This document shows, piece after piece, positions 26,889 through 38,744 of a DNA stretch of 64,000 nucleotides. The DNA is from Octopus sinensis. Taxonomy: Eukaryota. The notes beneath the pieces are model-generated. The model did no database searches, was not told the DNA's origin, and saw only the letters and a program-made list of their open reading frames with translations. The stretch is from positions 1,674,001 to 1,738,000 of the forward strand of contig NC_043010.1 in NCBI RefSeq assembly GCF_006345805.1, given 5' to 3'. The stretch's first letter is position 1, and the number at the start of each line of letters is the position of its first letter. A program made the translations under genes and the position numbers.

Positions 26889-27284
26889 TTATAAATTAGG
26901 GTATCTACGAGATACCACCATGCTGAAAATAGCAGCCATGATCTGACTCTAAAACCACCTTAATTTTCCATATACCAACACGGAGAGAAAACAAAGAGAC
27001 AAGATGAAACTAGTAAAAAATTATTTGTATATTTATAAAAATGTATTTGTATATATATATATTTATGTTTCTTTTCTGTGTGTATTCTACTGACGAGCCA
27101 AAGCATTCCTAAATGCAAAGCCAGAAATCCAAGATCTAGAATTATCCAGTAATTTTTTACTAGTTTCATCTTGTCTCTTCGTTTTCTCTCCGTGTTGCAA
27201 TATGGAAAATTAAAGTGGTTTTAGAGTCAGATAATGGCTGCTATTTTCAGCATGGTGGTATCTCGTAGATACCCTAATTTATAA
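26889..27284. mobile_element. foldback element, 135-bp inverted arms and 126-bp spacer
   Basis: 26889-27023 is a near-perfect reverse complement of 27150-27284; the spacer holds a hammerhead-like motif. Confidence 0.9.
27084..27142 (+). ncRNA. type I hammerhead-like motif with disrupted base of helix II
   Basis: AUUCUA-CUGACGA-GCC aaa GCAUU ccua AAUGC aaa GCCA-GAA-AUC caa GAU-C-UAGAAU; helices I and III intact, no G10.1-C11.1 pair. Confidence 0.55.
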
Positions 27285-27388
27285 TTTTAATAATTATTAC
27301 CTTTGAAGGTTATTTTTTCCATGCTGACCACTTGATAAAATCATTGTTTTATTTTAAATTAACGATCTTATCCTTATCTATATAAATT

Positions 27389-27435
<47 letters not shown>

Positions 27436-28389
27436 TGTGTGTGTACATATGCTTTGCATGGAAGATTTGCTGCATCAGAAACTATTGAAGTCCTAGGCAA
27501 GACAGAAACATTTTCGTCTGGGCCTTCACTCCAACGAGAAACCACACACGAGTAGATACATGAGTAACCCTTACCCAGAGAAACCTTCAAAATATTAGTG
27601 GCTCTACTTTTGCCTGATCTTTGAATGATCATAAAGCAAAATCGATGTTTGAATTTGAAATCAGAACACCGAGAATTATCTAAATAATATAATTCATTGT
27701 CAGAAACCATTTCGGCTGCTGTTTCACCAATTCTTTCCCCCCGACCTTGTACCCCCACCATTCCAACTATCAAGGGCCCCACCACCAACTCCGATTAAGT
27801 GACCGACTGACCGACCGACCGACCGACCGACCGACCGACCGACCAAGCCGCTTACTTACCGACCAGCCCATGTGTTTACAGCTGATAACATTGTCTATAA
27901 AAGCTGTTTACAATTACACCAACCAACTGTTTAGTGTTTATGTAACCTATGACATTTGGTAAGTGAAAAGAAAGCCAGGAGCCTAAAAGCTGGCATTTAG
28001 AGGTAACAGAGAGGAAGAGACATATAGGTAGAAAGACAGAGAGAAGAGAGAGAGAGAAACAGACAGACAGAGAAAGAAAGAAAGAGAGGGAGAGAGAGAG
28101 TAGCAAAGAGTTAATGTGTGCAGGTTTCCGTGCATGCGTATGTGTTTGTGTGCGTGTGTTTATTTCCATTGTGTGTGTATGTGTGTATTTTACAGGTATA
28201 TTTCATTCTTACTCTCTAACACGTGTGTCTTAGTTAATAACGTTATATTGTGACAACGATGAATATGCACCATGTCCAGTTGCCATAAAGGTAAGACATA
28301 TCATTACTCGTCGTTGGCTTTGACGCGTCAAAAACAAATCACAATATATATATATATATATAAAATAACACTATAGCTAGCGTGCGAAC

Positions 28390-28575
28390 GTGAGAACATC
28401 AAACTTGCTAGAAATGGCAACCCAATCACGATTAAATCTGCTCTACACTGCAGCTTTAAAATATAGGATGAGCAGATTTATCATTGTAGTACTAGACATA
28501 TATATACAGGATGTGCGAAAACTAAGACGGATTGTTCACGGTTGGATCATAGATCTACTCAACTAGGCTGACTTG
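28390..28575 (+). repeat. interspersed repeat family E (gctagaaatrgca...gatcatag...ggctgacttrgggcta)
   Basis: Diverged pieces also at about 1-130, 51770-51860 and 63890-64000. Confidence 0.45.
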
Positions 28576-28584
28576 GGGCTACAT

Positions 28585-28820
28585 CCTTCCTGAGTCACAT
28601 AGGCTCGTAAGGCTGGTTTCCCGCTTCACGTGACGCATATGTTTCCCTCACTAGATGGGAAGCCAGTCGGGTGCAAGATAGCTCAATTTTACCAGATGAA
28701 AGGAATGGAGCAACGTACAATGAAGAGTCTTGCTCAAGAACACTGCGCATCACCAGATCCAGAAATCGAAACTACAATCCAACGATCATGAGTCCAACAC
28801 CTCAACCACTAAGCTACGTG
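28585..28820 (-). mobile_element. SINE family D copy
   Basis: Head cacgtagcttagtggttgagg and centre gtgttcttgagcaagac; tail resembles 30150-30240. Confidence 0.6.
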
Positions 28821-29112
28821 GTTCAACCTTAGGACCAGATATCAAGAAAAATAACAACGCTGTTAATATTGGGTAACCTGATCCTTGGAATATTCTTCTC
28901 AAACTTCGTATTTACTTAATCCCTTCACTCCCCACGGAGCATAAACTGTCGATGACTTCTCTGAGTTGTTCTGAGTTGACTGAGGAAAGAAAACTTCCAA
29001 TGACCCGTCCTTGTTTTATTAGTATTGTCTATTTGGATGTTCTGTTGTCCCATTCTTGTATCACCTAACTGTCCGGATGTTTTGCGTTCTTCTCCCATTT
29101 TGTATTATATAC

Positions 29113-29149
<37 letters not shown>

Positions 29150-29731
29150 TGTGCGTGTGCGTGTGTGTGTGTATTGAGAAAAAATGTCGTCAGAATTTTG
29201 GGAAAAATTCCTTTTATTTCTTCATTATTATTAGCGCTTTCGCTCCTTTCTAGAACTTGTCAAATGCAATTTCGTGAATGTACAAACAGCTCGTTCAATT
29301 ATATAAAACAGATAGTTTGGGGAAGTTTTGTTTAGAAGAGAACATTGTTTTGTCTTTTTTAATTTTGGGTGAGGTTCCAAGACAATGGAGATGGATAGAT
29401 AGAAATATAGGTAGGTAGATAGGCTGATTAGTATATTTGCAAATTAACAATTTGAAAAATCAATCAGTAAATAAAATAAAAGGAATATATATATGTACAT
29501 ACACTCACACCACACACACACACACACACACATACACACACACACACACATACACACATACATATATATACGTAAAGCTAGAACATCCCAATGCTACACA
29601 TATAGATCTGAACATTTGTAGAGATGAGCCACATTTGGAATAAAGAATTCAAATTCTCCACTTTACCTTCAAACATTCAGTTTAAGGGAGGATTCCTTGA
29701 TGAAGAGTGTGTGCGCGCGTGTAGGTGCATG

Positions 29732-29769
<38 letters not shown>

Positions 29770-29888
29770 TGTATGTTTGTGTGGTCGGGAACATGTACAT
29801 GTTTATACTGTGTAACTTCGATCACGCCTCAAATATGTATGAGTACATCTTTTCCTTGACTTATGGTCTCTTAGACGAATCACGCACG

Positions 29889-29973
<85 letters not shown>

Positions 29974-30000
29974 TATATATATACATATATATGTGTGTGT

Positions 30001-30250
30001 GTGGAGGTGCGTGGCTTAGTGGCTAAGGCGTCAGCACCAGATCGTAAGATTGTGGTTTCGATTCCTGGACCGAGCGACGCGTTGTGTTCTTGAGGAAAAC
30101 ACTTCATTTCACGTTGCTCCAGTCCACTCAGCTGGCAAAAGTGAGTAACTCTGCGATGGACTGGCGCCCCATCCAGCTGGGGAACACACACGCCAAAGAA
30201 ACCGTGAAACCAGGCCCATGAGCCTAGCTAGGCTTTAAAAGGGCGCATTT
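30001..30250 (+). mobile_element. SINE family D copy with a further tail type
   Basis: gtggcttagtggctaagg A box, ggtttcgattcc B box, CORE-like centre, tail gcgatggactggcgccccatccag...gaaaccaggcccatgagcc. Confidence 0.75.
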
Positions 30251-30549
30251 ATTATACATATATATATATATATATAGTTGAAAAAGGGTTAAGAGTCCAT
30301 ACAATTCAAACATTATGCTTAAAAAAGTAAATAAAGATGTAAAAGGCACAGAAGTATATTTTAGAGTATGTTTAATAGTTTTGTTTTGTTATAGAAAGTG
30401 AGACGATTTATCCAGCAAATCAAATATTTGTTAAGATGGATACATCGAAACCGGGTATATTTTAAATCATTCAATGTAACAAAAATATTAAACACTCTCT
30501 AAAATATACTCTTGTGCCTTTTCCAACTTTATTTACTCTTTTAACTATG

Positions 30550-30580
<31 letters not shown>

Positions 30581-30788
30581 GTATGTATGTATGTATGTAT
30601 GTATGTATGTATGTATGTATGTATGTATGTATGTATGTATGTATGTACAGAATGATGGGGTATTTGATTTACAACGCAGCACTCGACCCGGCTTTTTGGT
30701 TATTTACACTCTCAAATTGTAGTCTTATGGAAAATAGAAAGTCTTCAGCGGAAGCACAATCTAAGAGCGCACCTTTGAAGGTCTGAAG

Positions 30789-31205
30789 AAGTGCGAGCTG
30801 GCAGAAACGTTAGCACAATGGGCGAAATGCTCAACGGTATTTCGTCTGCCGCTACGTTCTGAGTTCAAATTCCCCCGAGGTCGACCTTGCCTTTCATCCT
30901 TTCGGGGTCGATTAAATTAGTACCGGTTACGCACCGGGTTCGATATAATCGACTTAATCCGTTTGTCTGTCCTTGTTTGTCCCTTCTGTATTTAGTCCCT
31001 TGTGGGTAGTAAAGAAATAGGTATTTCGTCTGCTGCTACGTTCTGAGTTCAAATTCCGCCGAGGTAGACTTTGCCTTTCATCCTTCCGGGGTCGATTAAA
31101 TAAGTACCAGTTATGCACTGGAGTCGATATAATCGACTTAATCCATTTGTCTGCCCTTGTTTGTCCCCTTTGTGTTTAGCCCCTTGTGGGTAATAAAGAA
31201 ACAGG
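30789..31205 (+). mobile_element. SINE family A head-to-tail dimer
   Basis: Junction aaagaaatag|gtatttcgtc at about 31020. Confidence 0.88.
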
Positions 31206-31379
31206 TTTGAAAAAGTGCTACTTAAATGTTTCAAACTTCAAATATTACGTAACTTTTAACACGGAACTTATGCGTGAATTGACGTTTAAAACAGAATTGG
31301 TACGAAGGCAATTGTAGCTGGTTATTTAAGATGTGATAAAGTATTTCTTTGGCATCTCATTTGGATTATAGACATAAAA

Positions 31380-31414
<35 letters not shown>

Positions 31415-31539
31415 TGTGCATAAACTAATAGATGACCTACATACAGATGCGAATATTAAAATGTAAGGTAAACTTAAAAGCGAGTGTTTGTAATAATGGA
31501 ACATTTATCCACGCCACGACAAACTCGACGTTATGAATA

Positions 31540-32000
31540 ATGAGAAGAAGGAGGAGGAGGAGGGAGAGGTGGAGGAGGACGAAGAGGAGGGAGAGGTGGA
31601 GGAAGGAGTATTAGAGCATGAAGAAGGGAGGAAGAAGATGTTGATGATGAGGGGGAAGGAGAAGGAGGAAGATGAAGGAGTATGAGGGTAAGAGGAGAAG
31701 GGGGAAGGAGTATGAGAGCAAGTGGGGGGAAGAAGAGGATGGTAATGATGAAGGAAGAAGGAGGAAGTGGAAGAAAAAGAGGGGGAGGAAGCAAAACAAG
31801 AGGAAGAAGGAGGAGAAAGAGGTTAAGAGGAAGGAGAGGTAGACGAGGAGGAGGGAGTATGAGAGCAAGAGGAGGGGGAAAAGAGACGTTGATAATGAGG
31901 AGTAGAAAGAGGAAGGGGAGGAAGAAGAGGAGGAGCAGGAGGAGAAGAAGAAGAAGAAGAAGAAGAAGATGAAGAAAAGGAGGAGATGGACGTAGAGGAG
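31540..32000. repeat. polypurine GAG/GAA mosaic
   Basis: Directly visible. Confidence 0.85.
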
Positions 32001-32643
32001 GAGTATAGCCAGCACTGACAAAAGAGAAAGTGACACAAATAATTCTCTTTACATCTCTATCATAGAACAGCCAGACAAACAGGTGTGTATAAGTGTGTGT
32101 GTGTATGTGTGAGTGTATGTGTGTGCTATGTGCTTGTTTGTTAATACATGCGTGGGTACCTGTAAAGGTGTGTTTAGATGTATGTGCACGTGTGTGTATG
32201 CGTAGGTGTGTGTTTTAAAGTAACACTTTGATATGAAAGACAGTGTGTATAGTTTCATGTGGTCAGGTGTTGTAGAAGAATTCCTGCAGACAACAACAAC
32301 AATGACAGCAAAAACAACAACAACAACAACAAAAACAACAACAGCAATAACATGAAGAGCATTGAAAGTTTTCTCCAATCGCATCACGACCACCGTGTTG
32401 TATCTTCTAAATTTGATAAACATCACGATATCAGACGGAGTGAGGTGGAATATGAGGTAGAAATTGAAGATTACAACAGCAGCAGCAGCAGCAGCAGCAG
32501 CAACAATAAAGAACAACAACAGCGCTACCGAAAGTCACCCCCCCCGACGCAGACCACACGCACCGACTTCACTTCGTATCGCCATAAATTTTCAAATATC
32601 ACGTTATCAGACGGAGCATGGAGTTGTGAGGAGAGTTAGAGCA

Positions 32644-32698
<55 letters not shown>

Positions 32699-32750
32699 GG
32701 CAGAGAGAGATATCGAATTTTACTAAAACAATAGCAACAACCACAACACC

Positions 32751-32975
32751 GGTGAGGCGCAATGGTCCAGTGGTTAGGGCAGCGGACTCGCGGTCGTAAG
32801 AACGCGGTTTCGATTCCTAGACCGGGCATTGTGAGTGTTTATTGAGCAAAAACGCCTAAAGGTCCACGACGCTCCGGTGTGTGTGTGTGTGTGTAGAGGT
32901 GGAGTGAACCCCGCTGTACTCTTTCATTTCGGGGTCGTCGATAGACCCTAGCTAGATTGCGAATCCTCTGTACCC
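32751..32975 (+). mobile_element. SINE family B head plus gaccctagctagattgcgaat module
   Basis: gcaatggtccagtggttagggcagcggactcgcggtcgtaag...ggtttcgattcc matches heads at 35592 and 50855. Confidence 0.75.
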
Positions 32976-33100
32976 CAGGATGGTTCAACTCTCAACCCGT
33001 TAAAAGCCACCGTTTACGGACTGAGAGTAACAACGTAGCTTTCGCGCCCGTGCAACCGCCAGTCTATCGCGTGTGGTATTTCATTTATTTCTTACCGTAT

Positions 33101-33159
33101 TTTCTACTGACGAGGAAAAAATCTATGAGATTAATTCCGAAATTGATTCAATATAGAAA
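33101..33159 (+). ncRNA. complete type I hammerhead ribozyme
   Basis: UUUCUA-CUGACGA-GGAA aa AAUCU aug AGAUU aa UUCC-GAA-AUUG auu CAAU-A-UAGAAA; all core nucleotides, G10.1-C11.1 pair, three intact helices, AUA triplet (predicted cut after 33153), AATAAA immediately downstream. Confidence 0.8.
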
Positions 33160-33509
33160 TAAAGAACTTTTAAAAAAAATTCTGTTGACTAGCTTCCTCG
33201 ATTTCAGCACAACCTATTTTCTGTAGTGGGTATATAATAATTTGGGAGAAATTGACGTATACATGTATAATATGTATAATATATTTAAATATTAATGTAT
33301 GTATACGTATAAGTATACTTATATGTACACATACATACATGCACATATATATGTATGTATATATATACATACATATATATATATTCATATATATATATAT
33401 ATATATTCTTAAATGGCTTATAAACACCTTCCACGCTGCAATTGTTTTTTCGTTCCAGCACACAATCTCAGATCAGGTCACTTGCTATGCAAGTACATCT
33501 CTCTCTCTC

Positions 33510-33556
<47 letters not shown>

Positions 33557-34119
33557 GTGTGTGTATGTATATACTTCACTGTTCTTCACATGAATACATA
33601 AATGCGTATGTTTGCATATATTCAGTGTAAATTGGTAGACAACCGATGAGGTTGAAGAAAGAAAGCCCAAAGAGAAGTGAAGAGAATGTAATCGACGAAG
33701 GTGGTGGTGGTGGTGGTAGTGGTGGCGGCAGCGGCAGAGATGATGGCGATAGTGTTTTTAGTGGTGCTGATGAGAGAGGACAGTTGAAATATCATTACGA
33801 AAGACAGTTAATTTATTTACAACTCCCTTGTTATATATTCAAGAAAGCCAGTACTTTGACCGGCTTCCTATCTCTCTTCTCTCTCTTTCCCTTTCTTTCT
33901 CTCTCTTTCACACTCTCTCTTCTCTCTTTCCCTTTCATTCTCTCTGTCTGTCTCTCTCTCTCTATCTCTCTCTCTCTCTTTCTACCACTGCTACCGCTGT
34001 ACCGCCGCCGTTGACGTCACTGCCTTGCCGTCAATAAATAACTGCATTGTCACCGCCAATCAAAAGCTAATATTCCTTATTATCTTAGCAGCTGTTCTGA
34101 GGTTCAGTCAAAAGCTTAC

Positions 34120-34190
34120 CAATGTTCAACGAAGCAGGAAGAAACCAATAGAATTGACGGCGGCTTTCTTTGGTTATAACAGAAGGACTT
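34120..34190 (-). CDS. candidate internal exon (unknown protein)
   Basis: Acceptor cttttcctcag and donor ttg|gtaagc; two open frames (KSFCYNQRKPPSILLVSSCFVEH or SPSVITKESRRQFYWFLPASLNI); no homology recognised. Confidence 0.28.
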
Positions 34191-34532
34191 CTGAGGAAAA
34201 GCTAGTTACCATTGGAAAATATAGATCTTTTAGCTAGTTCTATTCTCCCGCCTGTTTAGATTGATTCTAACAATAGCGTTTACACCACTTCCCCTCTCTA
34301 TCTACCCTCACCCCCGCCACTATCCTTTCTTCTACATTCCTGCCTCTTGTTCATCCACCATCAACATTGCCACCACCGCCACCACCATTCCACCGTACCA
34401 CCATCACCAGCTCCACCAGTGCCACCGCCACAAACACTGCGGTCGCTTATGCGGCTGCACCCTCCTCCTCCTCCTCATAAAGTATGATAAAACTTCAATG
34501 CACTCTTATTCAATGAGATATATCCACACACA

Positions 34533-34564
<32 letters not shown>

Positions 34565-35061
34565 TCTTCACATTTATATACATAATATCTACACGCACAC
34601 ACATATTCTCATGTGAATACACACACACATACATGTCTACAGACATTCATACATATAGATATATATGCATATGTGTGTGTGGGGGGGATGCGTATATACA
34701 TATATGTGTGTAAATGTGCTTGTATGTATGTAGGATACAAAGACAAACGAATCTAGGCGAGATATTTAATCAATGAGAATGCACAACTGCTACCATGTAC
34801 CCGGTACTATGATTTTAAGAATATGGCGAGTTAAACAAACTGGAAAAATGTATTTGAAGTAAAGTTTGCCATAAAACAGATTGAAACAAAATTTTAAAAA
34901 AGTGAAATATTTATCACAAGTTACAATGCAAGCTCCTTAGATGTTTCGGTAACCATCACCTAACCAGCCGCTGTTGAACTAAAGATAGTTGTTTGGCCAC
35001 ATGATATACGGCAGTTATTAACATAACGACCATCACAAGGTCCAGTTCATGTGGTATCGTA

Positions 35062-35425
35062 GCTTATGTGCCTCAATGACCCTGAGAGCTATGCTAGTGG
35101 AACGCATGCTCCTAATAGTGCCTCTTATACTCGATAGATCAAGGATAAAGGCCAGACTGATATAGACTGCCTCATCTTAAAGATAAACATGGGTTTGTGT
35201 GGGGCCAACACCCATTAAAAAAGGCAAGGGTACAGAAGCATCGATGACAGCTCAAAACCAACAAGAACTGGAAGAGGAAGGCCTTCCTTTAGGAAAACAT
35301 ATAAACCTACATCGGAGGCGGAAGGGACAGAGCTGAAAAAGCAGGGATCTAACTGGAGACAGCCTAGTCGGAAACGGTGGGGATAAACTGCCGATGGCTT
35401 ATGCTGCACATGTTTAAGTGAAGAG
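35062..35425 (+). mobile_element. RTE-like LINE relic, apparent 5' UTR joined to ORF2 3' end
   Basis: gcctcaatgaccctgagagctatgc resembles RTE 5' UTRs (from memory); 3' part reads GRGRPSFRKT...ELKKQGSNWRQ...ADGLCCT, like the RTE ORF2 C-terminus. Confidence 0.45.
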
Positions 35426-35591
35426 AGATTAACAGAAGTGGGGATTTGTATGTAAATCGACGAGAAACGCACCAAAGGACCGAATGGTTTCTATTTAACA
35501 CCGAAAAATAGTGAGGTGGTTCCTTCAAAGTCGTACTTGAGAAAATAATAAAGGAACACACTTAAATACACACTTATATGTGTGTGTGTGT

Positions 35592-35975
35592 GTGGAGGAG
35601 CAATGGCCCAGTGGTTAGGGCAGCGGACTCGCGGTCGTAGGATCGCGGTTTCGATTCCCAGACCGGGCGTTGTGAGTGTTTATTGAGCGAAAACACCTAA
35701 AGCTCCACGAGGCTCCGGCAGGGGATGGTGGTGATACCTGCTGTACTCTTTCACCACAACTTTCTCTCACTCTTTCCCCCCGTTTCTGTTGTACCTGTAT
35801 TTCAAAGGGCCGGTCTTGTCACTCTCTGTGTCACGCTGAATATCCCCGAGAACTACGTTAAGAGTACACGTGTCTGTGGAGTGCTCAGCCACTTGCACGT
35901 TAATTTCACGAGCAGGCTGTTCCGTTGATCGGATCAACCGGAACCCTCGTCGTCGTAACCGACGGAGTGCTTCCA
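35592..35975 (+). mobile_element. SINE family B, full length
   Basis: tRNA-like head with A and B boxes; tail shared with 4975-5153. Confidence 0.85.
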
Positions 35976-36033
35976 TGTGTGTGTGTGTGTGTGTGAGCCT
36001 AATTGTTCATTATGTGAAAGTATATTTAGTATC

Positions 36034-36169
36034 TAAGGCGGAAAGTTGGTTGAATCGTTAAATACGTCGGGCAAAATGATTAGACTCTTTAGGCTCTAAG
36101 TTCAAATCCCGCCGAGGTAAACTTTGCCAATCATACCTTCGGGGTCGTCGATAAAATAAAGTACCAGTC
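36034..36169 (+). mobile_element. short diverged SINE family A copy
   Basis: aagttcaaatcccgccgaggtaaactttgcc...ggggtcgtcgataaaataaagtaccagt. Confidence 0.65.
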
Positions 36170-36615
36170 GTCTGGTTAATATATATGCGTGAGTCGTATT
36201 GGTTAAGATTGTAGGGTGTTTATGTTAGAGTGCGGTGTGGTGGGAGAATGCCTCCACCCACCCCATCACAAAATATACTCCTTCACACACATTGTACCTC
36301 CACACATATATAGGCCCACCCTAACACGCACACATTATACACTGCATGCTAACATAACCCCCCACCCACCCGTGACCTTAACCAATACAGAAAGAAAACA
36401 GACTAATGAGCACAATTATATAATGAGTCCCAAAAATATGTGAAATAAAAAATATGTAAAAATACTAACACAGAGAAAAAAGCACAGAAAAAGATGTAAT
36501 ACACTAACACACAGAAAAATTAAAACAAAACACGCGGGTGAAAAGAATCTCGTGGTGTGAAGAACTGAGTGTGAAAAATCAATGTAGACAACAGTGAACC
36601 ACAATACAGCGTTTA

Positions 36616-36663
36616 GTTGTTATGGTAACAAGCGGCTAATGCCAAGCTGTCTGTTGATTGGCT
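36616..36663. promoter_or_regulatory. X-box-like GTTGTTATGGTAAC plus CCAAT (gattggct) module
   Basis: Two motifs about 27 bp apart in non-repetitive sequence; motif match only. Confidence 0.3.
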
Positions 36664-36852
36664 AAAATCACCCAAATTTCCCAACTTTAATGCCAAATAA
36701 CATCAGATTCTTTAATTTACGAGATAAAGTAATTGGTTGATAGTAAGCAAAATTCAGAGATGCATCGATACACCAAAATTGAAAGCAATCTGAGCAGAAT
36801 TAAGGGAGGATCATTTCGCAAATGCAAAAGACTAGATCCAAATACAGGTACA

Positions 36853-36969
36853 GCTCATTTTTCCAGGTGAGTCGACTGGAGCAACGTAAAATAAAGTGTC
36901 TTGCTCAAGGTCACAACGCGCCGCCAGGAATCGAACTCAGGAATACTCTAACCGCTAAGTTACACGCCT
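36853..36969 (-). mobile_element. SINE family D head fragment
   Basis: ctggagcaacgtaaaataaagtgtcttgctcaagg...ggaatcgaactc. Confidence 0.65.
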
Positions 36970-37119
36970 TCACTAAGGATTACATAGACGTTTGAAGCAA
37001 TTAGTGAAAATATAATACGTTTCACTCAACCGTACTCGCCGGCGAGTAACTACTAGTTGTACTAAATACAGTTGTATACTAAACATAGGGATGCTACACA
37101 TTGATGAATTCTTTTTATA

Positions 37120-37500
37120 TATTTCTTTACTGCCCACAAGGGATTAAGTCGATTACATTGATCCCAGTGCGAAACTGGTACTTTATTTATCGACCCCGAA
37201 AGGATGAAAGGCAAAGTCGACCTCGGCGGAATTTGAACTCAGAACGTAGCGGCAGACGAAATACCTATTTCTTTACTACCCACAAGGGGCTAAACACAGA
37301 GGAGGCAAAACAAGGACAGACAAAGGGATTAAGTCGATTACATCGACCCCAGTGCGTAGCTGGTGCTTAATTTATCGACCCCCGAAAGGATGAAAGGCAA
37401 AGTCGACCTCGGCGGAATTTGAACTCAGAACGTAACGGCAGACGAAATACGGCTACGCATTTTGCCCGGCGTGCTAACTTTTCTGCCAGCTCGCCGCCTT
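37120..37500 (-). mobile_element. SINE family A dimer (distal unit internally deleted)
   Basis: Junction gaaatacctatttc at about 37262. Confidence 0.85.
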
Positions 37501-38265
37501 TGAAATCTTTTTATATGTGGGTTGCTAAAACTATTTTCGTGGGTTCGGTCGGCATGATATATGACTGTTGTAATGTAACTGAAGTTTCTTTCCGTTCTTC
37601 CATTTGATTATTTTATCAAATTCGAGTAGACAGTCGTAATTTTATTGTCAGTTTAGCCTCTCTTGGTATTTCTCTGCTGTTCATAAGTGTGAGTAAAAGT
37701 GATGTCCTCTGCTTTGTGAATAGTCCCAGAATTGTTATTTTGCAGTGAAATTAAAACTGCTTTTAACGTATCGATGAAATAACAATACTACGTACATGAT
37801 GTACCCTGCTGGTTTGTTAATCCAAGGGAGACAGTCATTTCGAAATAAATTTCAACGGGAGTTAAAGCTTAAATTTTAAATCGACGACCAACGAAGATGC
37901 ATACAGCCTACCTATTTAACGTCTTTTTCTTAATCATTACAAAGATTTTTATAATTTTAGTGCTTGGCCACTCATGTTATACAGCAGTATGTAATAGAAT
38001 TCCATATCGTTTACATTTCTCACTGCTATGTCTACAACTAGAGAATATTGTTCACTGATAATTAACTCTAATTTCATTTATTTATATATATTTTTATTTA
38101 TTTATTTCTGTATCGTGTGATTTCTATCTGACTTGGGAATTAATTAAAGTAATTACTTCGAGGAAGACCCATTTTAGCCATCTAATAACACGCAAAAACT
38201 GTTTTAATTTGTTTTAGTCATCTATTTCAAAATAGACGGTATATAAATAAATATAACACTTTGTT

Positions 38266-38318
<53 letters not shown>

Positions 38319-38424
38319 AGTTGGTTAAAACGGATCTTCCTTGATATAATTGCTTAAGTTCCAAGATAGTTTTAGACCAAATCATAGAGTACATCTCATC
38401 AGATTTAATTAAAATAACCTTTAA

Positions 38425-38640
38425 CCCTTTTAGCATTCAGTTTATTCTGTCAAACGCGATGCTTATTTATTTACGTTGTTTCAAAATGGTCGTGCATTGT
38501 AACGTAGCTTCGAGATTTCCATTATGTAACAGTTTTTAGAACCAAACTGTAGTGTAAGCGTGGAAGGTCAGATTTGGCCGGTCGAATATATAACAGGCAG
38601 GATATTTGGGCCAGATATAGACGGCTTAAATGCTACAGAA
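38425..38640 (+). mobile_element. piggyBac-like MITE
   Basis: TTAA at 38421-38424 and 38641-38644; ends CCCTTTTAGCATT and AATGCTACAGAA (degenerate TIR). Confidence 0.5.
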
Positions 38641-38744
38641 TTAAAAAGTACTCACAAAATATGTTGTCTTTAGAATAAAAACAAAACAAAAACAAAAAAC
38701 ATATTTGAGGTTATCAATATATATATGTATATATATTCTTTTAC

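Noticed and set aside
27378-27788. 136-aa minus ORF with DNELYY and a strong GTAAGG donor
   Set aside because: No convincing acceptor upstream of the motif, and the phase does not join the other exons.
28234-28290. Plus-strand 57-nt exon candidate (LITLYCDNDEYAPCPVAIK)
   Set aside because: Good donor but isolated; the stronger upstream acceptor gives stops in all frames.
30783-30815. CTGAAGA…GAAACGTT at a SINE A head
   Set aside because: Chance overlap with the A-box region; wrong helix II register and no helix I.
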